Shown: positions 49,795-60,193, numbered from the stretch's first letter. The stretch: 64,000 bases of DNA from Myxococcota bacterium (GCA_039028615.1 JBCCHT010000007.1:32001-96000); one strand, 5' to 3'. The notes: generated from the sequence alone by a model not told the origin. Numbers and translations are program-made.

Positions 49795-50190
49795 CTACCC
49801 CTTCCCCTGTCCTGCTCGTTCGAAGATGGCCGTCAGCTCGGCCGGCAACCCCATGGGATCGAAGGGCTTGCAGATCACTCCGATGGCGCCCATCTCGAGG
49901 TACCGCTGGACCTCGTGCCGCTGCACCTTGGCGGTGACGAACACGACCGGCAGCGCGGCGGTGGCCGGCTGCTCGTTGAGGCGTCGGAACGTCTCCAGCC
50001 CGTCCATCTGGGGCATCATCACGTCGAGCATGATCACGTCGGGCTGCTCTTGGGCCGCGAGCTCGAGCGCCTCGGCCCCACTGCTGGCCAGCACGACGCC
50101 AAAACCCCCGACCTCCTGCAGCGCCATCTCTCCGATGACTCGGATGTCTTCGTCGTCATCGACGAGCAGCACCTTGCGTATCTCGCTCAT
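49795..50190 (-). CDS. Single-domain response regulator
   Basis: LLVDDD, MLDVMMPQMDG, FVTA, KPF. Confidence 0.95.
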   Translation of the reverse strand: MSEIRKVLLVDDDEDIRVIGEMALQEVGGFGVVLASSGAEALELAAQEQPDVIMLDVMMPQMDGLETFRRLNEQPATAALPVVFVTAKVQRHEVQRYLEMGAIGVICKPFDPMGLPAELTAIFERAGQGKG

Positions 50191-50348
50191 GCGCCCCCGG
50201 TCTCCCGCCTCACCTTCGGTGCACCAACCGGGCCAACCTCGTCACCCCTGACGCCTCCACCACATGGCCGGAGCCTCCCCCGCTGGTGGTCCGCGTCAGG
50301 GTGCGCCATCGGGGAACTATGCCCCACTCTTGCGCGTATTGCGACGGG

Positions 50349-51719
50349 TCACTCCCGCTTGTAGCGCTCGAGCTTGCGGTACAGCGTCTTGCGGTCGAGG
50401 CCCAAGATCTTCGAGGCCATGGTCTTGTTGCCCGCGACCGTCTCCACGACGCGCAGGATGTAGCGGCGCTCGACCTCTTCCATGGGGACCAATTCGGTCG
50501 GGTCGTCGGCCGCCACGACCACATGGGAACGCCGATACTTCACGACCCGATCGGGCAGGTCGTCGACCTCGATGTCCGCGTAGCGGGTGAGCGCCACGGC
50601 TCGCTCCATGCAGTTTCGCAGCTCGCGAACGTTGCCCGGCCACTCGTAGTCGGACAGACGCTGCGCCGCCGACGGCGAAATCCCGCGCACTTGCTTGCCC
50701 GCCTGGAGGGCATACCGACCCAGAAAATGCTGGGCCAACGACAGGACGTCGGTCCCGCGCGAGCGCAACGGGGGAAGGTTGAGGTGGATGACGTTGATCC
50801 GAAAGTACAGATCTTCGCGGAAACGCTGCTCTTCGACGGCCGCTTCGAGGTCGCGGTTGGTCGCGGCCACGACTCGCACATCGAAGTCGATCTCGTTGTT
50901 CGAGCCCACCGGGCGAACCCTTCGCTCCTCGAGCGCACGCAGCAGCTTCGGCTGCATCGCCAGGGGAATCTCGCCCACCTCGTCGAGGAACAACGTGCCG
51001 CCGTTGGCCTGCGCAAACAGGCCTACACGGTCGCTGCGGGCATCGGTGAAGGAGCCCTTGGCATGCCCAAAAAGCTCGCTCTCGAGCAGGTTTTCGGGCA
51101 CGGCGGAGCAGTTGACGGCCACGAAGGGTCCATCCCGCCGCGGGCCTCGATCGTGCACCGCCCGGGCGACCAGTTCCTTGCCGGTCCCGCTCTCGCCGGT
51201 CACCAGGACCGACGCGTCGGAGTCGGAGACCCGCTCCAGCAGGTCGTAGACCTTCTGCATGGCGGGGCTGCTGCCCAGCAAGCCGCCGTAGGATTCCTTG
51301 ACCTCCACCACCGCTCGCAGGCGTCGAGCCTCGTCGCGGATTCGGCACTCCCGAACGATGCGACTGATGCGAAGCCCCACCGCGTCCACGTCGAGTGGTT
51401 TGGTGATGTAGTCATATGCCCCAGCCCGGATCGCAGCGATGGCCGACTTCATGCTCCCGAAGGCGGTCATCACCATGACCACCTGATCGGGGCGGTCATC
51501 GATGACCCGGGAGCAGAACTCGATGCCGCTCATCCCCGGGAGGTTGATGTCAGCCAGGATCACGTCGAAACGTTCGTCCGAAAGCGCGGCCAGCCCTTTC
51601 TCGGCGGATGCGCACCCTCGGGTCTCATAGCCTTGGGCAATGAGCCCGGCCACGAGCAGCTCCAGGAGATCCTCATCGTCGTCAACGACCAGTATTCGTC
51701 CCAGTAATCGTTCAGCCAT
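50349..51719 (-). CDS. Sigma54-dependent response regulator (NtrC/AtoC family)
   Basis: Receiver domain, GESGTGKE, ESELFGHAKGSFTDA (GAFTGA variant), FLDEVGE, WPGNVREL, Fis-type HTH. Confidence 0.96.
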   Translation of the reverse strand: MAERLLGRILVVDDDEDLLELLVAGLIAQGYETRGCASAEKGLAALSDERFDVILADINLPGMSGIEFCSRVIDDRPDQVVMVMTAFGSMKSAIAAIRAGAYDYITKPLDVDAVGLRISRIVRECRIRDEARRLRAVVEVKESYGGLLGSSPAMQKVYDLLERVSDSDASVLVTGESGTGKELVARAVHDRGPRRDGPFVAVNCSAVPENLLESELFGHAKGSFTDARSDRVGLFAQANGGTLFLDEVGEIPLAMQPKLLRALEERRVRPVGSNNEIDFDVRVVAATNRDLEAAVEEQRFREDLYFRINVIHLNLPPLRSRGTDVLSLAQHFLGRYALQAGKQVRGISPSAAQRLSDYEWPGNVRELRNCMERAVALTRYADIEVDDLPDRVVKYRRSHVVVAADDPTELVPMEEVERRYILRVVETVAGNKTMASKILGLDRKTLYRKLERYKRE

Positions 51720-51873
51720 TTGATGTGCTCGCCTCTCGAGGTCTCTCGCGTTATACCAACGAACGCCGAGACGGACTCCGAAGTGCTGGTGTTCAAAGTC
51801 CAAAGGGGGCTGTAGCCTTGTGCCCCGGCGCCCCTAGACACCCCGCACCGTCCTCCTGCCGTAGCCGACGACC

Positions 51874-52875
51874 ATGACGCCCTTCATCGCGGTCATCCCC
51901 ACCCTCGCCATCCACCTGGGCGCGACTCCCTTTTTCGCGGGCAGTCTCGCGCCCGAAGATGCAGCCGTGCCCGCCGGTACGGTCTCGGCGGATCCTGCAA
52001 GCAGCGGCTCCACCGAAGTCGACGGCCAGGGGTCCTTCGCCACCGCCGACGCCGAGAGCCGGGACAGCGAAGACGCAACCGAGCTCGAGATTTCGGCCGG
52101 CGGGCTGCTGTCCACGGGTAACGCCTTCGCGGCGGCGGCCACCGGCCAAGGTCGCTTCCGACTCCGCCGCGGCATCCACCAGGTGGGCTCTCAGGTCGCG
52201 GGCAACTACGGCATCGCCGACGTCGAGACGGAGACCATCCAGGTCAGCTTCCCCAACGGCGCCGAGATCAGCCAGACCGCCCTCGATCGCGACACCACCG
52301 TGGCCAACATCCAGGGGATGGTTCGCTACGATGTGTTCTTCGCCAAGCGTTGGTCGGCGTTCCTCATGGGCACCGCCCGACGCGACCGCTTCCAGGGTCT
52401 CGACCTGCGGCTCAACATCGACCCGGGCGTGGCCTTCTATGCGCTCACGGACGCCAAGCACCGCCTGTGGTTCGAGGCCGGCTACGACTTCCAGTACGAC
52501 ATCCGTCGCGAAGACGCGATCTTCGAAGAGCAGCTCGTCGATCCGCTCGTCGACGAGGACGGCGATGGCTTCGCCGACACCCAGCGCGTCCGCATCGCCG
52601 ACGACACCCTGGTCAACCACGCGGCGCGTGTGTTCATCGGCTACAACAACTCGCTGAACGATCGAGTCACCTTCGACACCGGGCTCGAGTACCTGCAGAG
52701 CGTCGTGGTCGGCTCTCGCTTCCGGCTCAACTGGCTGAACGCCCTCACGGTGCAGATGGCCGATCGACTCGGCGTGGGCGTGACCTTCACGCTGCGCTAC
52801 GAGAACGAGCCGCTCCCCGACGTCGCCAAGCTCGACACGATCACCTCCGTGTTGCTGACCTTGCGCTTCATCTAG
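51874..52875 (+). CDS. DUF481-family outer-membrane beta-barrel protein
   Basis: LSTGNA, RRDRFQGLDLR, amphipathic strands, YENEP...KLDTITSV; a DEDGDG insertion in one loop. Confidence 0.8.
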   Translation: MTPFIAVIPTLAIHLGATPFFAGSLAPEDAAVPAGTVSADPASSGSTEVDGQGSFATADAESRDSEDATELEISAGGLLSTGNAFAAAATGQGRFRLRRGIHQVGSQVAGNYGIADVETETIQVSFPNGAEISQTALDRDTTVANIQGMVRYDVFFAKRWSAFLMGTARRDRFQGLDLRLNIDPGVAFYALTDAKHRLWFEAGYDFQYDIRREDAIFEEQLVDPLVDEDGDGFADTQRVRIADDTLVNHAARVFIGYNNSLNDRVTFDTGLEYLQSVVVGSRFRLNWLNALTVQMADRLGVGVTFTLRYENEPLPDVAKLDTITSVLLTLRFI

Positions 52876-52885
52876 GGGGGACGCC

Positions 52886-54682
52886 GTGGCCAAGGTTCCC
52901 GGGCAACGAGCAGGCGCCCACCCGCTTCAGCCCCTGCTCGACGCGCTGACGATTCGCGCTGGCTTGGTCGGCGAGAACGGAGACCTGCTGTCGGCCAACG
53001 GAGCGTGGCGCAAGGCTCGGGGCCACCCGCTGGCTGGCCCCTCCCTGGTCCCGGGCGCCAACTACCTTCATACGCTGGCCCGCATCACGGGCCCGGCCCG
53101 AGACGACGGGCAACGGGTCGCCACCGCCCTGCAACGCGTGCTCGAGGGCGGCTCGGAGGTGCTCACCCACACCTTCCGCTACGGGTCGCCCGACCACGCT
53201 CAATGGTCGCGAACGTCGGTTTGTCCCATTGAGGGCCAACCCCGGTGCGCCGCGATCCTGCACGAAGACGTCACCCAGCAGGTCCACGCCCAGGCCGCGC
53301 TCAAGCGCAGCCAGGCTCGGCTCCGCACCATCCTCACCGGGGCGCCGATCGTGCTGTTCTCGCTCGATCGCGACGGCGTGTTCACGGTGGTCGAGGGCAT
53401 GGGCGGCACGGGCACGGGCTTCGTCACCGAGGACCTCGTCGGTCGCTCCGTCCACGACGCGTACCGGCACATGCCCCACCTGCTCGAGATCATCCAAGAC
53501 GCGATGGTCGGCCGGGTCGGCGTCATCACCCAAATGGTGGGGCACATCGCCTTCGAGGTTCGCTGCTCGCCCATCTACCGCCGCGACCGCATCGACGGCG
53601 TGGTGGGGGTCGCCACCGACGTCACCGAGCGCCTCCGGGCGCAGCGCATGAAGGACGAGTTCGTCTCCATCGTCAGCCACGAGCTCCGTACGCCCCTGAC
53701 CTCCATCCGAGGCTCGCTCGGGTTGCTCGAGGGTGGCGTGGCCGGAGAGCTCCCGCCCAAGGCCAGCGACCTCGTCCGCATCGCTCGCTCCAACACCGAT
53801 CGACTCATCCGGCTCATCAACGACATCTTGGATCTCGACAAGATGGAGGCGGGGCAGGTCACCCTGCAGCGCTCCGCCGTGCCCGTCCGCGGCCTGATCG
53901 ACGAGGTCATCGGCGAGATGAGCGGCTACGCCCAGCAGATGGAAGTGGCCATCGCGGTCGAGGCCTCGCACTGCGACCCGGTGCACGCCGACCGCGATCG
54001 ACTGGCCCAGGTCCTCACCAACCTGCTCTCCAACGCGGTCAAGTTCTCTCCCGCCGGAGGCCAGGTGGTCGTGCGAATGGAGACACGAGCGACTCGGGTA
54101 CGCATCTCGGTGGTCGATCGCGGGCCGGGCATCGCGGCGTCGGACATCCCCAAGCTGTTCCAGAAGTTCCACCAGCTCGACGCGTCCGACGCCCGCAGTC
54201 GGGGTGGCAGCGGCCTGGGCCTGGTGATCGCCAAGACACTCGTCGAAGCGCACCACGGACAGATCGGCGTCGAGTCCGAGGTCGGCCAGGGCTCCACCTT
54301 CTATTTCGAGCTTCCCGTCTCGCGTCAGCGAACGGTGACCGTGGTTCCGCCCCGGGTGTCGCAGTCCCCCGCCGTGGCCATCGACGCTCAGGCGATCGTC
54401 GCGCCCCAGCAGCGCGGCACCACCGGGTTGCTCGCCGAGCTCGAAGCCCACCTGCGCGACGCTACGCCGGCCGACGGCGCCAAGCTCCGGGACGCCCAGG
54501 CCACCGCTCGCATCATGGGCTCGACCCTCGCCGCCGACGCGACGGCCGAGCTGCGCGGGGCGATCGAGCTCGTGGCGCGGGCCCTCGACGAGGCGCTGCA
54601 GGGCCCCGAACGCACGCGCCCGTCCGCGTTGGAGACCGCGCGGCAGAACACCGCGCGGATCCGCGAGTTGTTGGGGCCCTGA
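52886..54682 (+). CDS. PAS-domain sensor histidine kinase
   Basis: Two PAS-like domains, VSHELRTPL, NLLSNAVKF, DRGPG, GSGLGL; helical C-terminal extension. Confidence 0.95.
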   Translation: MAKVPGQRAGAHPLQPLLDALTIRAGLVGENGDLLSANGAWRKARGHPLAGPSLVPGANYLHTLARITGPARDDGQRVATALQRVLEGGSEVLTHTFRYGSPDHAQWSRTSVCPIEGQPRCAAILHEDVTQQVHAQAALKRSQARLRTILTGAPIVLFSLDRDGVFTVVEGMGGTGTGFVTEDLVGRSVHDAYRHMPHLLEIIQDAMVGRVGVITQMVGHIAFEVRCSPIYRRDRIDGVVGVATDVTERLRAQRMKDEFVSIVSHELRTPLTSIRGSLGLLEGGVAGELPPKASDLVRIARSNTDRLIRLINDILDLDKMEAGQVTLQRSAVPVRGLIDEVIGEMSGYAQQMEVAIAVEASHCDPVHADRDRLAQVLTNLLSNAVKFSPAGGQVVVRMETRATRVRISVVDRGPGIAASDIPKLFQKFHQLDASDARSRGGSGLGLVIAKTLVEAHHGQIGVESEVGQGSTFYFELPVSRQRTVTVVPPRVSQSPAVAIDAQAIVAPQQRGTTGLLAELEAHLRDATPADGAKLRDAQATARIMGSTLAADATAELRGAIELVARALDEALQGPERTRPSALETARQNTARIRELLGP

Positions 54683-54807
54683 GGCAATACGCCCCGCCCC
54701 GCCCCCGCGTTTCCCCGCGAGGCTGACCGCCCCAGGTCGGCCCACACAACCCTCCATCGCCCCCAAACACGCATATTCGGCGCAAGCCCGCGGGAGACCG
54801 GTACGAT

Positions 54808-54823
54808 TGGCGCGGCGAATGCA
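54808..54823 (+). promoter_or_regulatory. Possible sigma54 -24/-12 promoter for the cyclase operon
   Basis: TGGCGCGGCGAATGCA: correct GG-N10-GC spacing, imperfect match to TGGCAC-N5-TTGCW. Confidence 0.35.
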
Positions 54824-54870
54824 ACGTTGGGATGAGCGCGGCCTGCTCGACCCCCAGCGGCCCCCGCTCC

Positions 54871-56634
54871 ATGAGCGATTCCTTGAACACGTCGGTTCGT
54901 TTTCCCCTGCGCGCCAAGCTCGCGGCGTTTGCTGGCGTATTGCTAGTGGCGCACATCGTGGGCGTGGGGCTGGCGGCGCTGGAGCTGACCCGCGCCACGG
55001 TGACCCGCGCCGCGCGTGAGCTTCAGATCGCCATCATCGAGACGGTCAGCCGCGACATCGAAGCCGAGTTCGCCCAGGCCTACGACGGCCTGGACGCCAT
55101 CGGCCGCACCTCGGTCGACCTGACCATCGACCTGGAGGCGCGGATCTCCATGTCGAAGACGCTGGTCGACAGCAACGAGGTGCTCGACAACGCTCTGCTC
55201 TATTCCGCGCAGGGCGATGATCCGCTGCCGATCGTGGCCGAAGACATCGCGGAGCTGAACCCACCGCCGACGCTGCCGAAGGAGCTTCGCGACCAGGCGA
55301 TCGCCGGCGGCGTCGCGACCGGATCGGCGAGCCCCGGCCCCGGGGGCCCGCGGGTGCTGGTGGTCATGCCGATCCAGCGCGAGGACGAGGTCGTCGGGTT
55401 CGTGGCGAGCCGCGTGCCGCTGACCGGCATCCAAGAACAGATCGAGAGCACCGCCGCTGCCCACTTCGCGCAGATGCCCGACCCGCTGCTGCTGGTCGAC
55501 GATCAGCTGCGGATCTTGGCGCATCCCGATCGGACGCGGGCCTTCGAACTCGGCTCTGCCGCCGACGAGCCGATCCTGGCCGGAGTGGACGCGGGCGCGC
55601 TGCAGGCCCAGTTCTCGTCCTCGGGCGAGTTCACCCGCCCCGACGGGAGCGAAGTCGTGGGCACGGTCGTCGGCTTACAGACCCGCCCCTGGGCTCTGGT
55701 CGCGCAGGTCCCCACCGAGGTCGCCTACGCGCCGGTCTTTGCCCTGCGCAACGTGGTGGCGGCGACCATCGCCATCGCCGTGCTCGTCGCCCTGATCGCG
55801 GCGTTCGTGCTCGCGCGGCGCATCACCTCGCCGCTAGCCCAGCTGTCGCGCTTCGCCGCCGACATCTCCGAGCGCCGCTTCAGCTCGCGGGTCACCATCG
55901 CGACCTCGGACGAGCTGGCCGTGGTGGGCCAGGTGATGAGCCAGGCCGCGGCCGACCTCGAGCACAGCGAGAAACAGATTCGAGTCGAGCAGGAGATCCG
56001 GTCGGATCTCGGGCGCTACCTCCCGGCCGAGCTGGTCGACAAGGTCGTGCGCCGCGAGCAAGACATGGCGCTGGGCGGTGCCCGCCGCGAGATCACGGTG
56101 ATGTTTGCCGACGTCGTCGAGTTCACGCCGCTGGCCGAGCAGATGCCACCCGAGCAGGTCGTTCGCATTCTCAACGAGCTGTTCACCATCGTCACCGAGA
56201 TCGTGTTCCGTCACGAGGGCACGGTCGACAAATTCGTCGGAGACTGCGTCATGGCCATCTGGGGCGCACCGACATCCATGGAGGACCACGCAACGCGTGC
56301 CCTCGAGGCCGCAGAGGAGATCATTTCATGGCTGGAGGTGGGGAACGCGACGTGGGAGAAGAAGTACGGAGTGACGGTCCGGATCGCGATCGGGATCAAC
56401 TCGGGGGAAGCGGTGGTGGGGAACGTGGGCTCGGAGTCGAGGATGGAGTACACGGCGATCGGGACCACGGTGAACGTGGCGGCGCGCCTGGAGGCCATCG
56501 CCAGACCGCAGCAGATTTTGATCTCAGCGAATACGGCACGGATGGCGGGGGAGGGCTTCCAACTGGCGGAGGCGGGGGAGCGCACCCTGGCGGGCAGCAC
56601 CGAGTCACTGCAGCTTTTCGAGGTGGTGGTGTAG
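54871..56634 (+). CDS. Membrane class III adenylate/guanylate cyclase (Cache-HAMP-cyclase)
   Basis: TM-periplasmic-TM-HAMP (PL...SDEL); VMFADVVEFT, DKFVGDCVMA, IGINSG, YTAIGTTVNVAARLE. Lys in DKF and Thr in YTAIG suggest ATP specificity. Alternative start at 54832. Confidence 0.95.
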   Translation: MSDSLNTSVRFPLRAKLAAFAGVLLVAHIVGVGLAALELTRATVTRAARELQIAIIETVSRDIEAEFAQAYDGLDAIGRTSVDLTIDLEARISMSKTLVDSNEVLDNALLYSAQGDDPLPIVAEDIAELNPPPTLPKELRDQAIAGGVATGSASPGPGGPRVLVVMPIQREDEVVGFVASRVPLTGIQEQIESTAAAHFAQMPDPLLLVDDQLRILAHPDRTRAFELGSAADEPILAGVDAGALQAQFSSSGEFTRPDGSEVVGTVVGLQTRPWALVAQVPTEVAYAPVFALRNVVAATIAIAVLVALIAAFVLARRITSPLAQLSRFAADISERRFSSRVTIATSDELAVVGQVMSQAAADLEHSEKQIRVEQEIRSDLGRYLPAELVDKVVRREQDMALGGARREITVMFADVVEFTPLAEQMPPEQVVRILNELFTIVTEIVFRHEGTVDKFVGDCVMAIWGAPTSMEDHATRALEAAEEIISWLEVGNATWEKKYGVTVRIAIGINSGEAVVGNVGSESRMEYTAIGTTVNVAARLEAIARPQQILISANTARMAGEGFQLAEAGERTLAGSTESLQLFEVVV

Positions 56635-56645
56635 CCACCCAGCGC

Positions 56646-57977
56646 ATGGCCCACGAGCTGCGGGCGGGCATGGTCCTGGCCGAGCGCTACGTCATCGAGA
56701 ACAAGATCGGCGAGGGCGGCATGGGCCAGGTCTACCGGGCCACCCAGGTCAACCTGCGCCGCGAGGTCGCCCTCAAGCTGCTCGACTCCACCCTGCTCGA
56801 CTTCGATGTCGGACGCCGCCGCTTCTTGCGGGAGGCCCGAGTCGCCGCCGCGCTGCGCCACCCGAACGCGGTCGAGATCTACGACGTCGGGACCGACGGG
56901 CCCCACGTATTCATCGCGATGGAGCTGCTCGATGGCGCCGTGCTCCGCGACTACATGGAGGACCACGGGCCCATCCCGCTGGCGGAGGCCCTGGAGCTCA
57001 CGCTGCAGATCGCCGAGCTGCTGGTCGCCGCCCATGGGCTGCCGCTGGTGCACCGTGACCTCAAGCCCGAGAACGTCTTCGTGCAGCGCGACCAGGCCGA
57101 CGAGCTGCGCGTGCGGGTGGTCGACTTCGGGCTCGCCTTCATCGAAGGCAGCGACGAGACGGGCCGCATGACCCGCGAGGGGCTGGTGGTCGGCACCCCC
57201 GCGTACTTGTCCCCCGAGCAGGCCCAGGGCAACCACGTCGGCCCGGCCTCCGACATCTACTCGCTGGGCTGTGTGCTCTACGAGATGCTGACGGGCCAGT
57301 GCGTGTTCAGTGGCAGCCAGATGAACGTGCTGACCCAGCACGTCTACGTCGCCCCCATCTCCCTGCGCGAGCGGGCCCCCGACGCGGGCTTTCCCTCCGA
57401 CCTCGACGATCTGGTCATGCGCATGCTGAGCAAGCGCCCCGACGACCGGCCCACCGCCGACGCGATGCTGCAGGAGCTGCACACGGTGCAGGGCACGATG
57501 GCCGGGCAGCGCCACCGGGGTCGTGACGATCGCCTGCTCCAGACCCGTCGCAACCGCATGATCTCCGTGCCGGCTCAGAACCCACCGACCATCGATCGCC
57601 AGGCCGTCGAGCGTGGTGCGGTGGGCGTCGAGCGCCTGGAGGTCGGCACTTTCGGCAGCTTCTCCGAAGACCTGTGGCTCGGCCTCGCCAGCAATGGCCT
57701 GACCCCCGTGCCCCTCGAGGTCGGCCAAGACCCCGCCGCCGCCGGTTGTCACGTGGCGCTCGTGGTCGTCGAAGACCTCGCCCACCTCTCGGCCCTGACC
57801 TCTACCGGGATCCCGGTGGTCGCCGTGAACACGGCCTCTCAGGTCGAGCTGCTCGCCGAGCTGGTGCGGCGAGGAGTCAGCGAGGTGGTGTCCCCGCCGC
57901 TCGAGGCCGACGTCCTCACCCGCAAGATCCGACGCGCCGTCGAGCGCCACCGACGACAGATGAAGAGGAAACAATGA
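56646..57977 (+). CDS. Cytoplasmic Ser/Thr kinase with degenerate receiver-like C-terminal domain
   Basis: IGEGGMG, HRDLKPEN, DFG, GTPAYLSPEQ; C-terminal IPVVAV...RRGVSEVVSPPLEADVLTRKIRR. Confidence 0.92.
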   Translation: MAHELRAGMVLAERYVIENKIGEGGMGQVYRATQVNLRREVALKLLDSTLLDFDVGRRRFLREARVAAALRHPNAVEIYDVGTDGPHVFIAMELLDGAVLRDYMEDHGPIPLAEALELTLQIAELLVAAHGLPLVHRDLKPENVFVQRDQADELRVRVVDFGLAFIEGSDETGRMTREGLVVGTPAYLSPEQAQGNHVGPASDIYSLGCVLYEMLTGQCVFSGSQMNVLTQHVYVAPISLRERAPDAGFPSDLDDLVMRMLSKRPDDRPTADAMLQELHTVQGTMAGQRHRGRDDRLLQTRRNRMISVPAQNPPTIDRQAVERGAVGVERLEVGTFGSFSEDLWLGLASNGLTPVPLEVGQDPAAAGCHVALVVVEDLAHLSALTSTGIPVVAVNTASQVELLAELVRRGVSEVVSPPLEADVLTRKIRRAVERHRRQMKRKQ

Positions 57978-60142
57978 GCATCTGGCTGTCCACCGCCCTC
58001 ACCGCGGCCCTGCTCGCCGCCCCCGATCCCTCGGTCGAGACCTTCGAGTACACGATCCAAAAGGGTGACTCCTGCGCCAAGATCGCCAAGTCCGTCTACG
58101 GCGATCGCAAGCACCACGAGGTCATCCATCAGTACAACCGCTGGCTCGGCCCCACCCTGCCTCATCATCTCGAGGAAGGGCAGGTGCTGGTGCTGCCCAA
58201 GAGCCTGCCCCCCGCGCTCCCCGACGCCGAGGTCACCGCGGCTCGCCGCAAGGTCGAGGCCAAGCCCCCGGAAAAACCCGAGTGGAAGAAGGCGAGCCCC
58301 GGGCTCGACCTGTATCGCGGGTGGCGGGTGAACACGCAGGAGCGCGCCTCGGCCGAGATCACGTTTCGGGACTACTCGAGGATCGAGCTGCGCGAGAACA
58401 CGCTGGTCATCATCTACGGCGGCTCGCGGACTCGGGCCCGCCGCAAGACGACCGAGGCCACGCTCGACCGCGGCGCCATGCGGACCCGCCTGGCCGCTTA
58501 CGCGGGCAAGCCCAAGGACTCGGCCGTCACCGTCACCACGCCCTCGGCCGTCGCCGAGTTCGACGGCGGCAGCACCCTGGTCACCGTCGACCCCGAAGGC
58601 ACCAGCCGCGTCGCCAACCACGGCGAGGGCAAGGCCAGCGTGCGCTCCAAGAAGGGCGGCAAGCGGGTGAAGGTCGGCTCCAAGATGGGCTCCAAGGTGA
58701 AAAAAGGCGCCAAGCCGACCAAGCCCAAGCCCCTGCCCCCCACCCCGCAGTGGGACAAGCGTGCCCCCGCCATCTTCGTGGCCCCCAGCGGGTCCGGCAC
58801 GGTCACGGGACGCTGGACCCCCTCGGACGAGGCCAAGTCCTATCGCGTCGAGATCAGCCGCCAGGCGGACGGACGCGAGATGGTCAGCAGCCAGACGGTC
58901 CCCGGCACGATCACGGAGTTCGAAGGCAAGCAGCTCGCGCCCGGCGACTACTACATCTCGATCGCGGCCATCGACGACGACTCCTTCGAGAGCCCCCCGT
59001 CGGCCCCGGTCAAGCTCAGCCTGGTCTCGGTGCCGCTGCTCACCCCGGGGGCGGCGCCCCTGCCCGCGCTCGACGACCCCGATGCCGCGGCGGCAGCCGG
59101 TCCCACCGAGGTCCCTCGCGGCACGCGTCTGGACGTCCCGCGCGGCCTCCAGTGTCGCGTCGACGATGGCGAGCTGTCGCGCTCGCCCATGCTCCGCGAC
59201 GCCGGCGAGCACACGGTGACCTGCGTGACCGAAGACGACGTGGCCGTGCCCGGCTTCACCGTCGTGGTGGTCGACTACCAGATCGCCGCCGCGGCCGAGG
59301 CCAGCACCGCGGTGCGAGGCAAGACCGCGCTCGCCTCCTTCTCCGTCGATGCCTCCGTGCCCCTGCCCCGCCGGCTGTGGGTCGAGGCGCCCGAGGGTTT
59401 CTTGGTCGCCGCGCCGGTCAAGGGCATCGGGCTCGACGAAGGCACCTGGTCGGTGCGCGTGCACGCCGATCGAGACGCGCCCGACGAGGCGTCGCTGTTC
59501 GTCATGGCCGATGCGGGGGGCGAAAAAGTGCAGCTCGGCACGGTCCCGCTCAGCGTCGTCGATCCCAAGGACGTCACGCCCGAGACCAAGGTCGAACCCG
59601 AGCCCGCCGCCGAGGGTCGTGAGCTGCACATCGTGGAGACGGGCGTGCTCGGAGGCGCGATTTTCCCCGCTTCCGACCACGACCTGTACCAGGAGCGCTT
59701 CGCCCGGTCGCTGGGCTACGAGTCGCTGAACGTCGCCGCCCCGACCTTCGGCTTCCGGCTCGGCTACTACCCCATCCGCTGGGTCGGCCTCGAGCTCGAG
59801 AACACGATGGCTCCCACCGCGACCCGCGACACGGGAGAAGACAGCCTGCTCTTCGCCGTACGGGGCCACATCGTGGGTCAGCTGCCCTGGCGAATCACCC
59901 CCACCCTGCACGTGGGCGGTGGCGCGCTCGGGGCCAACGGCGGAGCCGCGCTCGGTCGCGACATCGATGCCGGCTTCCACTTCGGCGGCGGCGTGAAGTT
60001 CTACATCACGCGCTGGGCGATGTTGCGCCTCGATGCTCGCGACACCATGACCGAAGCGTTCGGTGGCGGCCTGACCCACTCCCCCGAGGTCACGCTCGGT
60101 TTCTCGGCGGTCCTCGGCCGGCGGTCCGCCAAGAAGGAGTAG
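57974..60142 (+). CDS. LysM + FecR + Fn3-like + OmpA-type beta-barrel fusion protein
   Basis: Signal peptide; YTIQKGDSCAKIA...GQVLVLP (LysM); VNTQERASAEITFRD..RIELRENT...VTTPSAVA (FecR); WTP...YRVEIS...GDYYISIAAID (Fn3); C-terminal barrel homologous to the neighbouring OmpAs. Confidence 0.85.
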   Translation: MSIWLSTALTAALLAAPDPSVETFEYTIQKGDSCAKIAKSVYGDRKHHEVIHQYNRWLGPTLPHHLEEGQVLVLPKSLPPALPDAEVTAARRKVEAKPPEKPEWKKASPGLDLYRGWRVNTQERASAEITFRDYSRIELRENTLVIIYGGSRTRARRKTTEATLDRGAMRTRLAAYAGKPKDSAVTVTTPSAVAEFDGGSTLVTVDPEGTSRVANHGEGKASVRSKKGGKRVKVGSKMGSKVKKGAKPTKPKPLPPTPQWDKRAPAIFVAPSGSGTVTGRWTPSDEAKSYRVEISRQADGREMVSSQTVPGTITEFEGKQLAPGDYYISIAAIDDDSFESPPSAPVKLSLVSVPLLTPGAAPLPALDDPDAAAAAGPTEVPRGTRLDVPRGLQCRVDDGELSRSPMLRDAGEHTVTCVTEDDVAVPGFTVVVVDYQIAAAAEASTAVRGKTALASFSVDASVPLPRRLWVEAPEGFLVAAPVKGIGLDEGTWSVRVHADRDAPDEASLFVMADAGGEKVQLGTVPLSVVDPKDVTPETKVEPEPAAEGRELHIVETGVLGGAIFPASDHDLYQERFARSLGYESLNVAAPTFGFRLGYYPIRWVGLELENTMAPTATRDTGEDSLLFAVRGHIVGQLPWRITPTLHVGGGALGANGGAALGRDIDAGFHFGGGVKFYITRWAMLRLDARDTMTEAFGGGLTHSPEVTLGFSAVLGRRSAKKE

Positions 60143-60193
60143 CGCGACGCGGGGCCGCGATCGGGTATCGTGGAAGCTCCGGACCTCGCGCTC

